Source of the DNA: Eledone cirrhosa
Taxonomy: Eukaryota
DNA: 64,000 nt
Direction of reading: 5' to 3'
NCBI GenBank assembly: GCA_964016885.1
Contig: OZ024744.1
Location: forward strand, 122,202,001 to 122,266,000
Below are positions 59,301 to 64,000 of this stretch, in pieces. The notes under the pieces were generated by a model. It did no database searches. It was not told the origin of the DNA and saw nothing but the letters and a program-made list of their open reading frames with translations. Made by a program: the position numbers and the translations under genes. The stretch's first letter is position 1. Each line of letters begins with the position of its first letter.

Positions 59301-62300
59301 ACAACATCCATCACTACCTCTATTCCTCTCACCCCGTCACTTTTATCCTTCCTCAACACATGACCTAACCATCTCACACTATCTCTCTTCACAACATCCA
59401 TCACTACCTCTATTCCTCTCACCCAGTCACTTTTATACTTCCTCAACACATGACCCAACCATCTCACACTATCTCTCTTCACAACATCCATCACTACCTC
59501 TATTCCTCTCACCCAGTCACTTTCATACTTCCTCAACACATGACCCAATCATCTCACACTATCTCTCTTCACAATATCCATAACTACCTCTATTCCTCTC
59601 ACCCAGTCACTTTTATCCTTCCTCAACACATGACCCAACCATCTCACACTATCTCTCTTCACAACATCCATCACTACCTCTATTCCTCTCACCCAGTCAC
59701 TTTCATACTTCCTCAACACATGACCCAATCATCTCACACTATCTCTCTTCACAATATCCATAACTACCTCTATTCCTCTCACCCAGTCACTTTTATCCTT
59801 CCTCAACACATGACCCAACCATCTCACACTATCTCTCTTCACAACATCCATCACTACCTCGGTTCCTCTCAACCAGTCACTTTTATCCTTCCTCAACACA
59901 TAACCCAACCATCTCACACTATCTCTCTTCACAACATCCATCACTACCTCTATTCCTCACACCCAGTCAGTTTCATACTTCCTCAACAGATGACCTAACC
60001 ATCTCACATTATCTCTCTTCACAACATCCATCACTACCTCTGTTCCTCTCACCCAGTCACTTTAATACTTCCTCAACACATGACCTAACCATCTCACACT
60101 ATCTCTCTTCACAACGTCCATCACTACCTCTATTCCTCTCACCCAGTCACTTTCATACTTCCTCAACACATGACCCAACCATCTCACACTATCTCTCTTC
60201 ACAACATCCATCACTACATCTATTCCTCTCACCCAGTCACTTTTATACTTCCTCAACACATGACCCACCTATCTCACACTATCTCTCTTCACAACATCCA
60301 TCACTACCTCTATTCCCCTCACCCAGTCAATTTCATACTGCCTCAACACATAACCCAACAATCTCTCACTATCTCTCTTCACAACATCCATCACTACCTC
60401 TATTCCTCTCACCCAGTCACTTTCATACTTCCTCAACACATGACCCAACCATCTCACACTATCTCTCTTCACAACATCCATCACTACCTCTATTCCTCTC
60501 ACCCAGTCACTTTTATCCTTCCTCAACACATGACCTAACCATCTGACACTATCTCTCTTCACAACATCCATCACTACATCTGTTCCTCTCACCCAGTCAC
60601 TTTTATACTTCCTCAACACATGACCCAACCATCTCACACTATCTCTCTTCACAACATCCATCACTACATTTATTCCTCTCAGCCAGTCAATTTCATACTG
60701 CCTCAACACATGACCCAACCATCTCTCACTATCTCTCTTCACAACATCCATCACTACCTCTATTCCTCTCACCCAGTCACTTTCATACTTCCTTAACACA
60801 TGACCCAACCATCTCACACTATCTCTCTTCACAACATCCATCACTACCTCTATTCCTCTCACCCCGTCACTTTTATCCTTCCTCAACACATGACCTAACC
60901 ATCTCACACTATCTCTCTTCACAACATCCATCACTACCTCTATTCCTCTCACCCAGTCACTTTTATACTTCCTCAACACATGACCCAACCATCTTACACT
61001 ATCTCTCTTCACAACATCCATCACTAACTCTATTCCTCTCACCCAGTCACTTTTATCCTTCCTCAACACATGACCTAACCATCTCACACTATCTCTCTTC
61101 ACAACATCCATCACTACCTCTATTCCTCTCACCCAGTCACTTTTATCCTTCCTCAACACATGACCCAACCATCTTACACTATCTCTCTTCACAACATCCA
61201 TCACTACCTCTATTCCTCTCACCCAGTCACTTTCATACTTCCTCAACAGATGACCTAACCATCTCACACTATCTCTCTTCACAACATCCATCACTACCTC
61301 TATTCCTCTCACCCAGTCACTTTCATACTTCCTCAACACATGACCCAACCATCTCACAATATCTCTCTTCACAACATCCATCACTACCTCTATTCCTCAC
61401 ACCCAGTCACTTTCATACTTCCTCAACACATGACCCACCTATCTCACACTATCTCTCTTCACAACATCCATCACTACCTCTATTCCCCTCACCCAGTCAC
61501 TTTCATACTGCCTCAACACATGACCCAACAATCTCTCACTATCTCTCTTCACAACATCCATCACTACCTCTATTCCTCTCACCCAGTCACTTTCATACTT
61601 CCTCAACACATGACCCAACCATCTCACACTATCTCTCTTCACAACATCCATCACTACCTCTATTCCTCTCACCCAGTCACTTTTATCCTTCCTGAACACA
61701 TGACCTAACCATCTGACACTATCTCTCTTCACAACATCCATCACTACATCTGTTCCTCTCACCCAGTCACTTTTATACTTCCTCAACACATGACCCAACC
61801 ATCTCACACTATCTCTCTTCACAACATCCATCACTACATTTATTCCTCTCAGCCAGTCACTTTTATACTTCCTCAACACATGACCCAACCATCTCACACT
61901 GTCTCTCTTCACAACATCCATCACTACCTCTATTCCTCTCACCCCGTCACTTTTATCCTTCCTCAACACATGACCTAACCATCTCACACTATCTCTCTTC
62001 ACAACATCCATCACTACCTCTATTCCTCTCACCCAGTCACTTTTATACTTCCTCAACACATGACCCAACCATCTCACACTATCTCTCTTCACAACATCCA
62101 TCACTACCTCTATTCCTCTCACCCAGTCACTTTCATACTTCCTCAACACATGACCCAATCATCTCACACTATCTCTCTTCACAATATCCATAACTACCTC
62201 TATTCCTCTCACCCAGTCACTTTTATCCTTCCTCAACACATGACCTAACCATCTCACACTATCTCTCTTCACAACATCCATCACTACATCTGTTCCTCTC

Positions 62301-64000
62301 ACCCAGTCACTTTTATACTTCATTCAACACATGACCCAACCATCTCACACTATCTCTCTTCACAACATCCATCACTACCTCGGTTCCTCTCAACCAGTCA
62401 CTTTTATCCTTCCTCAACACATAACCCAACCATCTCACACTATCTCTCTTCACAACATCCATCACTACCTCTATTCCTCACACCCAGTCAGTTTCATACT
62501 TCCTCAACAGATGACCTAACCATCTCACATTATCTCTCTTCACAACATCCATCACTACCTCTATTCCTCTCACCCAGTCACTTTCATACTTCCTCAACAC
62601 ATGACCCAACCATCTCACACTATCTCTCTTCACAACATCCATCACTACCTCGGTTCCTCTCAACCAGTCACTTTTATCCTTCCTCAACACATAACCCAAC
62701 CATCTCACACTATCTCTCTTCACAACATCCATCACTACCTCTATTCCTCACACCCAGTCAGTTTCATACTTCCTCAACAGATGACCTAACCATCTCACAT
62801 TATCTCTCTTCACAACATCCTTCACTACCTCTGTTCCTCTCACCCAGTCACTTTAATACTTCCTCAACACATGACCTAACCATCTCACACTATCTCTCTT
62901 CACAACGTCCATCACTACCTCTATTCCTCTCACCCAGTCACTTTCATACTTCCTCAACACATGACCCAACCATCTCACACTATCTCTCTTCACAACATCC
63001 ATCACTACATCTATTCCTCTCACCCAGTCACTTTTATACTTCCTCAACACATGACCCACCTATCTCACACTATCTCTCTTCACAACATCCATCACTACCT
63101 CTATTCCCCTCACCCAGTCAATTTCATACTGCCTCAACACATAACCCAACAATCTCTCACTATCTCTCTTCACAACATCCATCACTACCTCTATTCCTCT
63201 CACCCAGTCACTTTCATACTTCCTCAACACATGACCCAACCATCTCACACTATCTCTCTTCACAACATCCATCACTACCTCTATTCCTCTCACCCAGTCA
63301 CTTTTATCCTTCCTCAACACATGACCTAACCATCTGACACTATCTCTCTTCACAACATCCATCACTACATCTGTTCCTCTCACCCAGTCACTTTTATACT
63401 TCCTCAACACATGACCCAACCATCTCACACTATCTCTCTTCACAACATCCATCACTACATTTATTCCTCTCAGCCAGTCAATTTCATACTGCCTCAACAC
63501 ATGACCCAACCATCTCTCACTATCTCTCTTCACAACATCCATCACTACCTCTATTCCTCTCACCCAGTCACTTTCATACTTCCTTAACACATGACCCAAC
63601 CATCTCACACTATCTCTCTTCACAACATCCATCACTACCTCTATTCCTCTCACCCCGTCACTTTTATCCTTCCTCAACACATGACCTAACCATCTCACAC
63701 TATCTCTCTTCACAACATCCATCACTACCTCTATTCCTCTCACCCAGTCACTTTTATACTTCCTCAACACATGACCCAACCATCTTACACTATCTCTCTT
63801 CACAACATCCATCACTAACTCTATTCCTCTCACCCAGTCACTTTTATCCTTCCTCAACACATGACCTAACCATCTCACACTATCTCTCTTCACAACATCC
63901 ATCACTACCTCTATTCCTCTCACCCAGTCACTTTTATCCTTCCTCAACACATGACCCAACCATCTTACACTATCTCTCTTCACAACATCCATCACTACCT
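56380..64000. repeat. Higher-order repeat domain with offsets 2520, 2610 and 2791 bp (28, 29 and 31 monomers)
   Basis: ORFs 56660/59180, 56930/59450, 57209/59729 (2520); 58730/61340, 59180/61790 (2610); 60062/62853, 60170/62961 (2791). Domain markers cctgaacac and ccataact. Confidence 0.87.

Larger units (their letters stand above)
1..64000. repeat. 90-bp tandem satellite array, about 710 monomers, single orientation, extending beyond both window edges
   Basis: The same 90-mer recurs continuously from the first to the last base (first full unit starts at ATG 28). ORF translations repeat every 30 aa. No unique sequence or inversion was seen. Monomers typically differ from consensus at only a few positions. 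Confidence 0.99.
1..64000 (-). mobile_element. Monomer probably derived from a 30-codon fragment of non-LTR retrotransposon (RTE-like LINE) ORF2, C-terminal to the RT domain; not a functional element
   Basis: Minus-strand peptide GIEVVMDVVKRDSVRWLGHVLRKDKSDWVR contains RWLGHVLR, preceded by a hydrophobic 'G-I-E-x-V-x-D-V-V-K-R' helix and followed by 'D-W-V-R'. This resembles the RTE-clade pattern '(L)G(I/V)..I...I...RLRW(F/L)GHV.R......(W/L)(V/P)(K/R)'. No RT YADD motif, endonuclease or UTR is present. Recognition from memory, not from a search. Confidence 0.72.

Noticed and set aside
1-64000. CRISPR array or diversity-generating cassette system
   Set aside because: There are no unique spacers, cas genes or intact RT. 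Variation is scattered point mutation inherited in blocks.
1-64000. tRNA, 5S or snRNA tandem gene cluster, or hairpin RNA
   Set aside because: With only 2 G per monomer on one strand (2 C on the other), stable stem pairing is implausible. No Pol III A/B boxes or inverted repeats were recognised.

Overview
The whole 64 kb window is one uninterrupted head-to-tail tandem array of a 90-bp monomer (about 710 copies, all in one orientation, running off both ends). The consensus, present exactly at 8411-8500, is ATGACCCAACCATCTCACACTATCTCTCTTCACAACATCCATCACTACCTCTATTCCTCTCACCCAGTCACTTT(C/T)AT(A/C)CTTCCTCAACAC. This looks like eukaryotic satellite DNA; I see no credible genes, RNA genes or CRISPR array, and all listed ORFs are by-products of a period divisible by 3. 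The main observation is that the minus strand of the monomer translates to GIEVVMDVVKRDSVRWLGHVLRKD/YE/KSDWVR. This resembles the conserved 'R-W-x-G-H-V-x-R' block C-terminal to the RT domain in ORF2 of RTE-type non-LTR retrotransposons, so the satellite probably arose from a 30-codon fragment of a LINE coding region (recognised from memory; needs a database search). Monomers carry shared diagnostic variants that reveal nested, variable-length higher-order repeats (offsets of about 6, 12, 14, 20, 27-31, 34, 36, 39, 51-52 and 63 monomers), spatial domains and recombinant monomers. All counts and offsets were read by eye or from the ORF track, and block boundaries are approximate.
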